In this document: positions 1 through 8,563 of the stretch, in pieces
Layout of the letters: each line of letters opens with the position of its first letter
How positions within the stretch are numbered: position 1 is the first letter of the stretch
Source: an uncultured Elusimicrobia bacterium
GTDB lineage: Bacteria; Elusimicrobiota; Elusimicrobia; FEN-1173
Reading direction: 5' to 3'
NCBI GenBank assembly: GCA_964482515.1
Contig: CAYZXT010000009.1
Coordinates: forward strand, 16,251-80,250
Length of the DNA: 64,000 bases
The notes under the pieces: model-generated
The model's database searches: none
What the model was told of the DNA's origin: nothing
Seen by the model: only the letters and a program-made list of their open reading frames with translations
Position numbers and translations under genes: made by a program

Positions 1-827
1 TTCTCCGACGGCGTAAAGGGGACTTCCTTGCCGTTCAAGATGGTGGTGGAGACCTGGTCGCGCCGCACGGGCGTGCCGGGGATGGAGAGCACCGTCTTGA
101 TGTGCCTTTTGACGAGGTTGGCCGATTCCGCGGCGATGTCCGCGCGGTCCGCGAAGTCGTCGGCCGTCCGCATCGGGGTCAGCATGTCGTAGGAAAAGAA
201 AGTCTCCGTGGAGATGTTCACGGCGGAGTCGATGTTCAGCCGCTTGCTGGAGGCCCAGACGTATTCCCGGTAATTGTAGCGCCGCAGCTCTTTCTTGGTC
301 CTCTTGTCGCGGCAGACCATCTTGGTGTTGACTTTGTAAAGCTGGACGGTCCGGTTGTTGACCTGGACCAGGGGGCCCGGCCCGTTAATGTCGGTGCGCG
401 ACTGGCACTCGCTCCGCTTCGTGGATTTGGCGGCGCTCTTCGCGGGGACCACCTTCTTCAGCGCCTTCGGGATCGGGCGTTCCGTGAAGGTCTTGGTTTT
501 CGGGTCAAGCCGGAATATCGTTTGCAGGTCGTGGCGGTGGATCTCGATCTGGATCGAGCTGTTCTCCTCAAGTTCGGAAAGGGTCTCGATCCGCTTGTTG
601 CCGCCCTGGAGGCTCCGGGCGATGGTGGTCACGTCGAGCCCGTCCGCGTTGAAGGAGTGCACGCGCGTGATCAGGGAGACGGCCTTGGCCGTGTCCGTGG
701 AGGCGGGGATGTCCGAGAGGTGGACCTGGGCTTCGGCGTCCTGGACGTCGGGGCGTATCCGGGAATGGCAGCCGAGAGCGATAAGAAGCGGCAAAAGGAG
801 CGCGGATGTTCGCGTGAAGAACGGCAT
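1..827 (-). CDS. Lipoprotein of unknown function, 5' part only (runs off the window start)
   Basis: My reverse-strand translation from the ATG at 827 gives MPFFTRTSALLLPLLIALGCHS, a classic signal peptide plus LxxC lipobox. There is no in-frame stop before position 1. The forward ORF 102..1736 is its antisense artefact. Confidence 0.45.
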   Translation of the reverse strand, partial: MPFFTRTSALLLPLLIALGCHSRIRPDVQDAEAQVHLSDIPASTDTAKAVSLITRVHSFNADGLDVTTIARSLQGGNKRIETLSELEENSSIQIEIHRHDLQTIFRLDPKTKTFTERPIPKALKKVVPAKSAAKSTKRSECQSRTDINGPGPLVQVNNRTVQLYKVNTKMVCRDKRTKKELRRYNYREYVWASSKRLNIDSAVNISTETFFSYDMLTPMRTADDFADRADIAAESANLVKRHIKTVLSIPGTPVRRDQVSTTILNGKEVPFTPSE

Positions 828-935
828 GGAACGTTTCTGCATATAGGCAGATTATACAACCTTTTCTTTTTCCGCAAGGCCCGGAGGTCCTTTGAAATGC
901 GTGAAATCTCGACTGAAAAAATAAACAAAAACGCG

Positions 936-1196
936 CTATTTCGTGGAGCTCAGCCATTCGCGCATCAGGCGTTTGATCTGCGTCTGGTAGGGCGTGTCCC
1001 GCAAGCGGCAGCGTTCCCGGAAGGTCCGGAGCAAATCCTCCTCCACCTTGAGGCTGATCAGGCGGGTCTTCGCTTTTCCCGGGGCCGCGTGCAACCGGCG
1101 GAACTCGTCGAGGAAAACGGCCACCTGGAACGGCGTCATCTTCCGGCATTGCTCCAGGTATTCCTTGGAAAAATATTGGACGGGCCGCGTCATAGG
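936..1196 (-). CDS. BrnA/CopG-like antitoxin-type small protein (ribbon-helix-helix-like C-terminus)
   Basis: The C-terminal 86 aa of track ORF 936..1667 reads MTRPVQYFSKEY...KTRLISLKVEEDLLRTFRER...YQTQIKRLMREWL, which matches the BrnA-family motif ISxRxxxDxLxxF...YQTxIxxxLR. It overlaps the upstream nucleotidyltransferase gene by a few nt. Confidence 0.5.
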   Translation of the reverse strand, partial: PMTRPVQYFSKEYLEQCRKMTPFQVAVFLDEFRRLHAAPGKAKTRLISLKVEEDLLRTFRERCRLRDTPYQTQIKRLMREWLSSTK

Positions 1197-1684
1197 CTCT
1201 CCAGCGCCTTGACGTCTTCCAGGTCCTGCGGGCGTCCGGCGGCGCGTTTCATGCGGATCAGATCGGGGACCGACAGCACCGGCAGCGACGCGCCTCCCAA
1301 CGGGAGGCGCATGACGGCCATGGACTTCAGGTCGTGGGTGATGATGACGTCGACCAGCTGCGACGGGTCGCTTGGGTTCACGAAGGACCAGGCGACCATG
1401 TTCCGCCGTTTGACGTACTCCTCGCGGAAATTGAACACGTCGGCGGCGGTCACGGGCAGGCGCGGGCGCAGGTTCAGGGAAGCGAGGGCCTTCTCCGCCG
1501 CCAGGAAGTTGTTCTTCGTCACGAGCAGCACCAGGTCCACGTCCACCGTTCCGCGGACGGCCCCGTGTAGGGCCACGGCGCAGCCGCCGGCGACGGCGTA
1601 TTTGACGCCGAAGCTCTTCAGCGCTTTGTCCAGTTCCAGTAAGAGCATATATACCAGTATATACCACCGGGCCCGGCTTGGCAA
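1190..1684 (-). CDS. Nucleotidyltransferase-fold protein (probable minimal-NTase toxin/antitoxin partner)
   Basis: 164-aa ORF with GGCAVALHGAVRGTVDVDLVLL (Gly-rich loop plus D.D, Pol-beta-like NTase signature). It forms a tight pair with the downstream small RHH-like gene. Confidence 0.5.
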   Translation of the reverse strand: MPSRARWYILVYMLLLELDKALKSFGVKYAVAGGCAVALHGAVRGTVDVDLVLLVTKNNFLAAEKALASLNLRPRLPVTAADVFNFREEYVKRRNMVAWSFVNPSDPSQLVDVIITHDLKSMAVMRLPLGGASLPVLSVPDLIRMKRAAGRPQDLEDVKALESL

Positions 1685-1720
1685 GGGGCTTTGGCCGTCG
1701 TCGGAAAATAGGCTTCTGGA

Positions 1721-1746
1721 CCGGTGCCGGAGTTGACAGTCTGACC
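1721..1746. repeat. Copy 1 of a 28-bp TTGACA-containing element (ccggtgccggagttgacagtctgacc)
   Basis: Near-identical copies at 22008-22036 and 23141-23170. All three sit in short intergenic gaps at gene-cassette boundaries. Confidence 0.6.
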
Positions 1747-1785
1747 TTCTGACATCACATCCGGGTTCTCGCTCCCCGCCCCCGA

Positions 1786-1838
1786 ATTCTTCATCCTCCT
1801 TTCAGCGTTTCTTCAGACCCAAGATGTAGTCTCTTCGC
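1786..1838 (+). promoter_or_regulatory. Conserved ORF6N leader, copy A (ttcttcatcctcctttcagcgtttcttcagac...)
   Basis: Similar ~55-bp sequences precede the other two ORF6N copies at 24243-24305 and 26283-26340, with a shared core cctcccaatcttcatcc..ttcttcaga..aaaagtaa. Confidence 0.5.
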
Positions 1839-2375
1839 ATGACGATCCAATCGATCAACGATATCCACCGGATGATTTACCTGATCCGCGGGCGGAAGGT
1901 GATGCTCGACCGCGACTTGGCCGCGCTCTACGGCGTTCCCGTGAAACGGCTGAATGAGCAGGTCCGGCGGAATCGAAAGCGATTTCCGTCCGATTTCAAG
2001 TTTCAGCTCTCAAGGGAAGAGGCGGGTTTTCTAAGGTCGCAAATTGCGACCTTAGAGCCGGGGCGGGGCAAATACAGTAAATATGTGCCGGATGCATTCA
2101 CCGAACATGGGGCCGTCATGTTGGCCAGCGTTTTAAGCAGCCCGCGCGCCATTCAAATGAGTGTTGATGTTGTCCGGGCCTTCATTGAAATGAGGCGAAT
2201 CATTTCTGCAACCCAAGGGTTGGAGGAGAAAATGGCGGCACATGAGAAGAGCATAATTGGCTTAACGAATGACTGCGAAATTTGTTCGAACTTCTCAAGC
2301 CGTTGCTGGAGGCGCCGCCCAAAACACCGGGCACTGTCGGCTTCCGCTAGTTCGGTGCCGGCGTTGATTTATTAA
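1839..2375 (+). CDS. ORF6N-domain protein (KilA-N/ORF6N antirepressor-like DNA-binding family); C-terminus looks divergent
   Basis: IRGRKVMLDRDLAALYGVPVKRLNEQVRRNRKRFPSDFKFQLSREE...FTEHGAVMLASVL is the ORF6N signature. Paralog of 24387..24914. Confidence 0.7.
   Translation: MTIQSINDIHRMIYLIRGRKVMLDRDLAALYGVPVKRLNEQVRRNRKRFPSDFKFQLSREEAGFLRSQIATLEPGRGKYSKYVPDAFTEHGAVMLASVLSSPRAIQMSVDVVRAFIEMRRIISATQGLEEKMAAHEKSIIGLTNDCEICSNFSSRCWRRRPKHRALSASASSVPALIY
2030..2056. repeat. 27-bp perfect palindrome inside ORF6N-1 (tctaaggtcgcaa-a-ttgcgaccttaga)
   Basis: 13-bp arms around one centre base. It encodes the conserved LRSQIATL region. Its core ggtcgcaaattgcgacc recurs at 24338-24354. Confidence 0.8.
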
Positions 2376-2448
2376 CGGGAATTTTCATGATCTAAGTCAT
2401 CCCCCTTTATTCCCTCAATAGTATGATCCGGCCAAATAGGGGGTTGCC

Positions 2449-3063
2449 ATGAAAAATCGCACGCGGCGGGGCGCTTTAATGGCTTTGTTCCTGTTGGGTT
2501 CCACCGGGTTCTTCCAGGCGGCGTGGGCGGGAGGGGCCGATCCGCGGGTCGCGCTCGCCCTCCTGCTGGGGAAGAAGGATCTAAGCACCGCCGACTGGGG
2601 CGTCGTGCTGGACGAGCATGCTTTAGCCGGTTTCGAGTCGGAGTTCTACCTGCGCCGTTATCCCTTCAACCTGGTGGCGGACTACCGGGTGAGCGACGAC
2701 TCCGCCGTCCTCGGCCTGGGGGTGGAAGCGGACACGCGGGAAATCAGCCTGGGCGTGCGGAAACGCTGGCCGCGGGAGGCGAGCTGGTGGGGCGCGCACC
2801 TTTCCGCGGGGCCGGCCTGGGTGGAGGGCCGCCTGCAAACGGCCCGGTTGAACTTCAGCGGGGCGACAATCAATTCGGTGACCGTGGAAGACAAGGACGC
2901 GGCCCCGGGGGTTTGGCTGGGGAGCGGGGCGGAAGTGTATATCGCCAAGACGGTCTTCCTGGGACTGGATCTGCGGTACAGCTACGCCAAGGTCAAACTG
3001 TTCGGCACGGCCGCGAAAGCCGGCGGAACGAGTTACGCCGTGAAGACGGGGGTCCGGTTCTGA
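2449..3063 (+). CDS. Outer membrane beta-barrel protein (OmpW/opacity-like porin family)
   Basis: Signal peptide MKNRTRRGALMALFLLGSTGFFQAAWA, alternating amphipathic strands, and a C-terminal ...VKTGVRF ending in Phe. Confidence 0.55.
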   Translation: MKNRTRRGALMALFLLGSTGFFQAAWAGGADPRVALALLLGKKDLSTADWGVVLDEHALAGFESEFYLRRYPFNLVADYRVSDDSAVLGLGVEADTREISLGVRKRWPREASWWGAHLSAGPAWVEGRLQTARLNFSGATINSVTVEDKDAAPGVWLGSGAEVYIAKTVFLGLDLRYSYAKVKLFGTAAKAGGTSYAVKTGVRF

Positions 3064-3074
3064 CGCGGTCCGGG

Positions 3075-3115
3075 AAATAAAAAACGGCGGCCGACCGCTC
3101 CGCCGTCTTTTCTTT
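3075..3115. terminator. Bidirectional rho-independent terminator
   Basis: aaaaaACGGCGGccgaccgctCCGCCGTcttttctttg: 7-bp GC stem with an A-run before and a T-run after, between convergent genes. Confidence 0.6.
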
Positions 3116-3132
3116 GTGTGAGCGAGGGGATG

Positions 3133-4569
3133 TTATTTCGACGGGGGAGCCTCCGCCGGGACGCTTGTTCCCGACGGCGATGACCCCGTCTTCGGGGCCG
3201 TGGACAGCGCCGCCAATATCCGTTTCTGCGCCGCGGCCGCTTCCTGGGTGCTCACGCCTTCCAGCCCGACGCGGCATTCCCGCAGCGCCGTTTCGTAATC
3301 GCCCAGCCCCTCGTAGGACAGTCCCTTCTGGAAATGGAAATAGGCGATGTCCTTCCGCAGCTCCTCCACCCGCTTGGCCTTGTCCGCCGAAGATGCGTCT
3401 TTTTCCAGGGCGTCCTGGGCGGCGTTGAAGTCCGCGGTGACGATCTTGATCAGGGAATCGTAGCTGTCGATGGCGGACTGGAAATTCTTGTCGTGGAACT
3501 GCGCCAGCGCCAGTCCCTTCCGCACGTCGAACATGTTGGGGTTCCTCGTCAGGGCCTTCTCGAACTCCACGCTCGCTTCGGTGAAATGCCCGAGCATCAG
3601 GTGGGCATGCCCCAGCTTGGCCTGGAGGGCTTCCTTGTTCAGGAAAGTTTTGGAGATTTCGACCTGGAGGAGCTCGATCGCCTTCGTCGCGTCCTTCTTC
3701 GCCTCCTCGGTCTTTCCGAGGGCGGCGTAGATCTGGGCCTCCTTGAAAAGGATGTCGCTGTTGTTCGGGGCGAGGGCCACGGCCTGTTTGATGCTGTTGA
3801 GCGCCTCGGCGTTGTTCCCCTGCTGCTGATAGATCAGCGTGAGGTCCAGGTGAGCGTCCACGACGACGGGCGATCCGGTGTAGTTGGAGGCGACATCTTT
3901 GTATATAGGTACGGCTTTGTCCGACTGGCCGGAAAGCCGCAGTCCCTTCGCTTGGGCGTAGCGGCACCTGGCCGTGTCGGCGAGGCTCACGGACGCGGAC
4001 CAGGCGAAATCCAGCAGGCGCTGGGCCGCCTCGTATTTCCCCAGGGCGACGCCCTCTTCGCCCGCGGCCAGGAGGTCCGCCGAGAGTTTGGAAAGCATCT
4101 TGTCGATTTCCGCGCCGAGGGATTCGTTGCCCGCGAGAAGCTTCTTCATGTCCTTGGCCTGGGCGATGACATCGCCGTACTTTTTGGCTTCGATCAGGTC
4201 CTGGGACAGCTGCAGCTGGGCCGCCACCATCAGTTTGGCGGCGGGGCCGGCGGAGGGCGTGTCGTGGAATTCGTTCAGGACGGCCTGGGCTTTGTCCCTG
4301 GCGGCGGCGAAATCGCCCGCGTCCAGGGTCAGCTTGGCCTGGGACAGCGTAAGAGCGGCCATGCCTTCGCGCCCTTCCTTGACCAGGGCGGGCTCGCGGG
4401 CGGGGTCCTTCTCCATGAGCTCTTTATAGATTTGTTTGGCGTCCTCCACCTTGCCCGCGGCGGCGAGTTTCTCGGCTTTCTTGGCTTTGGAGCTGAGCTC
4501 CGCCCGGGCGGCGGGGACGATCAAGGCGAACAGCATGACGAGGGCGAGCGACTTTTTCAAACCGGGCAT
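3133..4569 (-). CDS. Secreted TPR-repeat protein
   Basis: Signal peptide MPGLKKSLALVMLFALIVPAARA, followed by multiple TPR-like repeats (A/K/E-rich helical repeats, YxxLG motifs). Confidence 0.7.
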   Translation of the reverse strand: MPGLKKSLALVMLFALIVPAARAELSSKAKKAEKLAAAGKVEDAKQIYKELMEKDPAREPALVKEGREGMAALTLSQAKLTLDAGDFAAARDKAQAVLNEFHDTPSAGPAAKLMVAAQLQLSQDLIEAKKYGDVIAQAKDMKKLLAGNESLGAEIDKMLSKLSADLLAAGEEGVALGKYEAAQRLLDFAWSASVSLADTARCRYAQAKGLRLSGQSDKAVPIYKDVASNYTGSPVVVDAHLDLTLIYQQQGNNAEALNSIKQAVALAPNNSDILFKEAQIYAALGKTEEAKKDATKAIELLQVEISKTFLNKEALQAKLGHAHLMLGHFTEASVEFEKALTRNPNMFDVRKGLALAQFHDKNFQSAIDSYDSLIKIVTADFNAAQDALEKDASSADKAKRVEELRKDIAYFHFQKGLSYEGLGDYETALRECRVGLEGVSTQEAAAAQKRILAALSTAPKTGSSPSGTSVPAEAPPSK

Positions 4570-4772
4570 AGATCCTCCTGAAAATATGTGTGATTATGCC
4601 CAAGGATAACCGCCCATGGCCCAAGATGCAAGGCCAAAAAAGGGGGGTGGCGGGCCTCCACAATAATACCCTTTTTCCGTCTGAAAATGCTATCCTCCTG
4701 CTTCCCCGAAGAGCAACGAACTCAATCTAAAATCCAATTTTCGCAGCGGACTTTCTGAAGGATCGGTGAATT

Positions 4773-5738
4773 ATGAGCGCTTCAATTACGGTCATCATGC
4801 CGACGCACAACAACGCCCCCTATCTGGCCGAAGCCGTCGAATCGGCCGCCAGCCAGGGCGTGCCCGGACTGAAGATCATCATCGTCGACGACGGGTCGAC
4901 GGACGATACGCCCCGGGTCGCGGCCGAACTGGTCAAGAAACACGGGCCGGCGACGGTCCATTACCTCCGCAAGGAACAGGGGGGCGTGGCGGCCGCGCGA
5001 AACAGCGCGAGGGCCTTCTGCGACGGGAAATACGTGGCCTTCCTGGACGGGGACGATGTTTGGCTGCCGGGGTCCCTCCGGGTGCGGATCGATTTTTTGG
5101 AAAAAACCCCCGAGGCCGGGTTGGTTTGCGCGGACGCCGAGACGTTCAACGAGAGAGGGATAATCGACGCCTCTTTCTTTGAATCCCGGAAGAGGTTCCG
5201 GAGTTTCGCGGAAGCGGGATTCAAGATCCTCGACATCTTCAACCACATCGTCAGGGTCTGTTTCGTCCTGACCTCGACCGTCGTGGTCCGCCGGGAATGC
5301 CTGGACGCCGTCGGCTGGTTCGATGAATCGCTCAAGGTGGGGGAAGACAAGGAGATGTATTTCAGGATCGCGCGGAAGTTCCGCATCATGGGCCTGCCGG
5401 AGAAAGTCGTGCGGCGGCGCATCCACGGACATAACCTGACCGCCGACCAGGTGCTGTCGCGCACGACCTATGTCGGACTGGTGGAGATGATCCGGAAGAA
5501 GGACCCTGCTTTCTACGAAGAGAACCGGACAAGGTTCCGCCACTGGCTCGGGGCGTTGCACCACGAGTTGGGCTACCAGATGCTGGGAAAGCGCCGTTTC
5601 GCGGAAGCGGCGTCGCGGCAGATCCAGAGCCTTTATTTCCGCCCGTCGGGCCGCGCCGCCTATTATTTAGGCGTGAGCATGGTGGGCCTCCTCGCCGGCG
5701 GAAACATCCTGGAGCGGTTTAGAGTCAGGCCCAATTGA
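4773..5738 (+). CDS. Family 2 glycosyltransferase
   Basis: VIMPTHNNAPYLAEAVESAASQ...IIVDDGSTDDT...FLDGDD: GT-A fold DxD architecture. Confidence 0.8.
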   Translation: MSASITVIMPTHNNAPYLAEAVESAASQGVPGLKIIIVDDGSTDDTPRVAAELVKKHGPATVHYLRKEQGGVAAARNSARAFCDGKYVAFLDGDDVWLPGSLRVRIDFLEKTPEAGLVCADAETFNERGIIDASFFESRKRFRSFAEAGFKILDIFNHIVRVCFVLTSTVVVRRECLDAVGWFDESLKVGEDKEMYFRIARKFRIMGLPEKVVRRRIHGHNLTADQVLSRTTYVGLVEMIRKKDPAFYEENRTRFRHWLGALHHELGYQMLGKRRFAEAASRQIQSLYFRPSGRAAYYLGVSMVGLLAGGNILERFRVRPN

Positions 5739-5779
5739 TCCGCCCCGCCCGAGACGGCGGAAAACGGCGGCGATTTAAA

Positions 5780-5817
5780 TAAAAAGACGGCGGTCGCGCT
5801 GACCCGCCGTCTTTTTG
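5780..5817. terminator. Bidirectional rho-independent terminator
   Basis: aaaaaGACGGCGGtcgcgctgacCCGCCGTCttttt between the GT2 gene (+) and the LemA gene (-). Confidence 0.6.
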
Positions 5818-5834
5818 TCCGCTCGGAGAATCTT

Positions 5835-6410
5835 TTATTCGAAGCTGACCTTGGGCGCGGCCTTGGCCGTTTCCTCCGCCTCGAAGTAGGCGTCGGATTT
5901 CTCAAAGCCGGCGATGCCGGCGATGACGTTGGTCGGGAAGCGCCGCACCGTCACGTTATAGTCGCGGATGACCTGGTTGTAGCGCCGGCGCTCCACGGCG
6001 ATGCGGTTCTCGGTGCCCGCCAGCTCGTCCTGCAGCCGGAGGAAGTTCTCGTTGGCCTTCAGGTCCGGGTAGCGCTCCACCACGATCATGAGGCGGGACA
6101 GCGCGCCTTCCAGTCCCTGGGCGGCCTGGATCTTCGCCTGGGGGGTCTTGGCTTCGCCCCACTGGCTGCGCAGCCGCGTGACTTCCGTCAGGACTTCCTG
6201 TTCATGCTTCGCGTAGCCCTTCACCGTGTTGACCAGGTTCGGGATCAGGTCGTAGCGCCGCTGCAGGACGTTCTCCATCTGCGCCCAGGACTCGGGCACC
6301 GCTTCGTTGAGCGTCACCAGCCGGTTGTATCCCGAAACGCCGCAGCCTCCCAGCAAAACCAGAACGAACAGAATCGATCCCAGGACGATCCAAGACTTCT
6401 TCATTTTCAT
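5835..6410 (-). CDS. lemA: LemA family lipoprotein
   Basis: MKMKKSWIVLGSILFVLVLLGGCGVSGYNRLVTLNEAVPESWAQMENVLQRRYDLIPNLV... is the typical LemA N-terminus with a lipobox. Confidence 0.8.
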   Translation of the reverse strand: MKMKKSWIVLGSILFVLVLLGGCGVSGYNRLVTLNEAVPESWAQMENVLQRRYDLIPNLVNTVKGYAKHEQEVLTEVTRLRSQWGEAKTPQAKIQAAQGLEGALSRLMIVVERYPDLKANENFLRLQDELAGTENRIAVERRRYNQVIRDYNVTVRRFPTNVIAGIAGFEKSDAYFEAEETAKAAPKVSFE

Positions 6411-6422
6411 TTCCTCCGTAAT

Positions 6423-7139
6423 TTAGTTGGTCCGGCCCACCCAGGCGTCCACCGCGTCAACCACCGTTTCCACGGACTTCAGGTAGCGGGCGAACAGCCC
6501 GAGGGCGTCCAGCCCCTTGTCTTTCTTGCCTTGCCTCATTTCATCAATCAGGCGAAATACTTCGTCGTCGAATTCGACGCGCTTCCTCAGCTCCGCCAGC
6601 GCTTCCAGTTTCTTGGCCGGGGGCGTTCCGCCGTGCAGCCGCAGCGCGGCGCGGAACAGCACCAGGAACGTGGAGAGGGAATTCATCAAAAGTTCGCGGA
6701 CCTTGTCTTCCTTGCCCTCCGTCAGGAGGAAGCGCTCCCGCAGCTGCAGCAGCTTGCCCTTGAGCTCGTGCTCCAGCTCGGCACGGAGATGTGCCGGGTT
6801 GATCACGGTGTCGGCCAGCGGATCTTCGCCGAAGAGAATGCGCCGCGTGTCGCGGATGTCGGCCAGCTCGATGGGGAACACGTCCGCCGACGCCCTGAGC
6901 CGGTCCCGGGTGAAGAGCAGGGGCGGCGGGTTGCCGTCCTTGGCCCAGCGGGCCGCGACCTTGGTGATGGACGTCAGCTCCTCCATGCCGAGCTTGTTGA
7001 GCACCGCGAGGATGTTGAAGTTGGACTTCCCGGCCACGTGGTCGCCCGCGGCCGCCGATCCGTACAACACCACGGACCGCAGATTGTTTCCGGCGGCGGC
7101 CCGCAGTTGCTCTGAAAGTTCTTCCGGCGTAAGCGTCAT
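6423..7139 (-). CDS. Hypothetical protein, possibly a degenerate nucleotidyltransferase-like fold, within the LemA/TPM module
   Basis: 238-aa ORF with VVLYGSAAAGDHVAGKSNFNILAV (GS...G loop but no DxD). It lies between the LemA and TPM genes in the same orientation. Confidence 0.4.
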   Translation of the reverse strand: MTLTPEELSEQLRAAAGNNLRSVVLYGSAAAGDHVAGKSNFNILAVLNKLGMEELTSITKVAARWAKDGNPPPLLFTRDRLRASADVFPIELADIRDTRRILFGEDPLADTVINPAHLRAELEHELKGKLLQLRERFLLTEGKEDKVRELLMNSLSTFLVLFRAALRLHGGTPPAKKLEALAELRKRVEFDDEVFRLIDEMRQGKKDKGLDALGLFARYLKSVETVVDAVDAWVGRTN

Positions 7140-7163
7140 CGTCTATCCTCCATGAATAAAATC

Positions 7164-7919
7164 CTACCAGCCGCGGCCGGCGCCCCCGCCTCCGGAGCCG
7201 CCCCCGCCGAACCCGCCGAAGCCCCCGCCGAACCCGCCGTCGCCGAATCCACCGCGCCCGCCCCGTCCGCCGCTCAGGAGCAGCAACAGCAGGAACGGGT
7301 TGCGGATGATGACCGGCGCCAGCACCAGCAGCAGGGCGATGAACAAAAGGTTGGAGAGCCACCCGCCGCGCTTGGATTGCCGGCCCGCCGGCACGCCGCC
7401 GGTGAGCTCGACGCCCCTGTCCCGCGCCACGATCGACGCCACGGCCGACGCGCCCCGCAGGACGCCGCCGGTGTAATCGCCCTTTCTGAAAAAGGGCACC
7501 ATGTGCTTGTCCAGAATTTCGCCGGCGAGCCCGTCCGGCAGGACGCCCTCCAGGCCGTAGCCGGTTTCAATCCGGGCCCGGCGGTCGTCCACGGACACCA
7601 GGATCAAGGCGCCCCGGTCCGTGGCTTTATTGCCGATGCCCCATTTCTCGTAGAGCCCGGCGGCGTAGCTTTCGGGGTCGCTGCCGCCCAGGTCCTTCAC
7701 CGTGACCACGGCGACCTGCGCGTCCGCCTTGGCTTCCAGTTCGGATAAAAGCCCCGAGAGCGCGGCGGCGGCCCGGCCGTCCAGCACCCCGGCCGCGTCG
7801 GTGACGTAGCCCCGCGGGGCGGGATATTCGTCCGCGCGCGCGCCCTCCGCCGGAAAGAATCCGGCGAGGGCGAGCCCTAATAGCGCGGCCGTGAGTTTTT
7901 TGCGGGGCAGGTCGATTTT
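7164..7919 (-). CDS. TPM-domain protein (YgcG-like) with a Gly-rich C-terminal tail; the N-terminus probably extends upstream of the tracked Met at 7787
   Basis: YPAPRGYVTDAAGVLDGRAAAALSGLLSELE..., one TM segment and a GGRGGRGGFGDGGFGGGFGG tail are typical of TPM/YgcG. The in-frame upstream sequence encodes a signal-like KKLTAALLGLALAGFFPAEGARA but no canonical start codon. That points to a non-canonical start or a sequencing error. Confidence 0.55.
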   Translation of the reverse strand, partial: KIDLPRKKLTAALLGLALAGFFPAEGARADEYPAPRGYVTDAAGVLDGRAAAALSGLLSELEAKADAQVAVVTVKDLGGSDPESYAAGLYEKWGIGNKATDRGALILVSVDDRRARIETGYGLEGVLPDGLAGEILDKHMVPFFRKGDYTGGVLRGASAVASIVARDRGVELTGGVPAGRQSKRGGWLSNLLFIALLLVLAPVIIRNPFLLLLLLSGGRGGRGGFGDGGFGGGFGGFGGGGSGGGGAGRGW

Positions 7920-7931
7920 GCTACCGGCTTT

Positions 7932-8459
7932 CTATCGCGGTTTTCCGGGTTTGTCCGGATGCATGGGCCGTTCCACGTTGGACCGGACGGGTCGTTCCGT
8001 CTTCATCCGCTCGGGGCGCTCCATCTTTTCCATCCGCTCGCGCTTCTCGATCCTTTCGCGCTTCGGATGGTCGACGTTCTTCGCGTTCCGGTCCACGGCG
8101 CGTATTTCCTTGTTCAGCTCGCCGAGGCTGAGATCGTATTTCTTTGCGATCTCACCCCAGCCCATGCCGTCGTTACGCAGGGCCATGATCGTGTCCGTGG
8201 TCTGGCCGGACTTCTGGGAGATCGCCAGCAGGTGCGACGCCTCGCCCCAGCCCATTCCCGACGCGCGAAGGTCCTCCACCGTCTTTTTCTCCACGCCGAA
8301 GCGGGTGGACAGTTTCTCCACCTGCTTTTCGGTGATGGCGGGCTCTTGTTTCAGGGTTTCGTCTTTCACGGCGTCGTCGCTCCGGGCGGGCGCGGTCGAA
8401 AGCATGGTTCCCAACAGCAGGAACGAAAACATCACAGCCCGTTTGGTCTTTGAGATCAT
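7932..8459 (-). CDS. Secreted hypothetical protein with two GMGWGE repeats
   Basis: Signal peptide MISKTKRAVMFSFLLLGTMLSTAPARS. The internal duplication is LRASGMGWGEASHLLAIS / LRNDGMGWGEIAKKYDLS. The C-terminus is charged and rich in K/E/R. Confidence 0.45.
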   Translation of the reverse strand: MISKTKRAVMFSFLLLGTMLSTAPARSDDAVKDETLKQEPAITEKQVEKLSTRFGVEKKTVEDLRASGMGWGEASHLLAISQKSGQTTDTIMALRNDGMGWGEIAKKYDLSLGELNKEIRAVDRNAKNVDHPKRERIEKRERMEKMERPERMKTERPVRSNVERPMHPDKPGKPR

Positions 8460-8563
8460 AGGTCATTCTCCTTTGGTTCGGGCATTCCCGAGAATCTTTA
8501 TCCTAGCTATAAGACACCCGAGACCGCAATAAGGTAATTCATTTGATAGGATAGGAAGTCTCC

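Noticed and set aside
102-1736. 544-aa forward ORF, Arg/Gly-rich
   Set aside because: It has no recognisable domains and lies antisense to three well-supported minus-strand genes (lipoprotein, BrnA-like, NTase). It is a typical high-GC antisense artefact.
3334-4581. 415-aa forward ORF
   Set aside because: Antisense to the TPR protein gene. No motifs.
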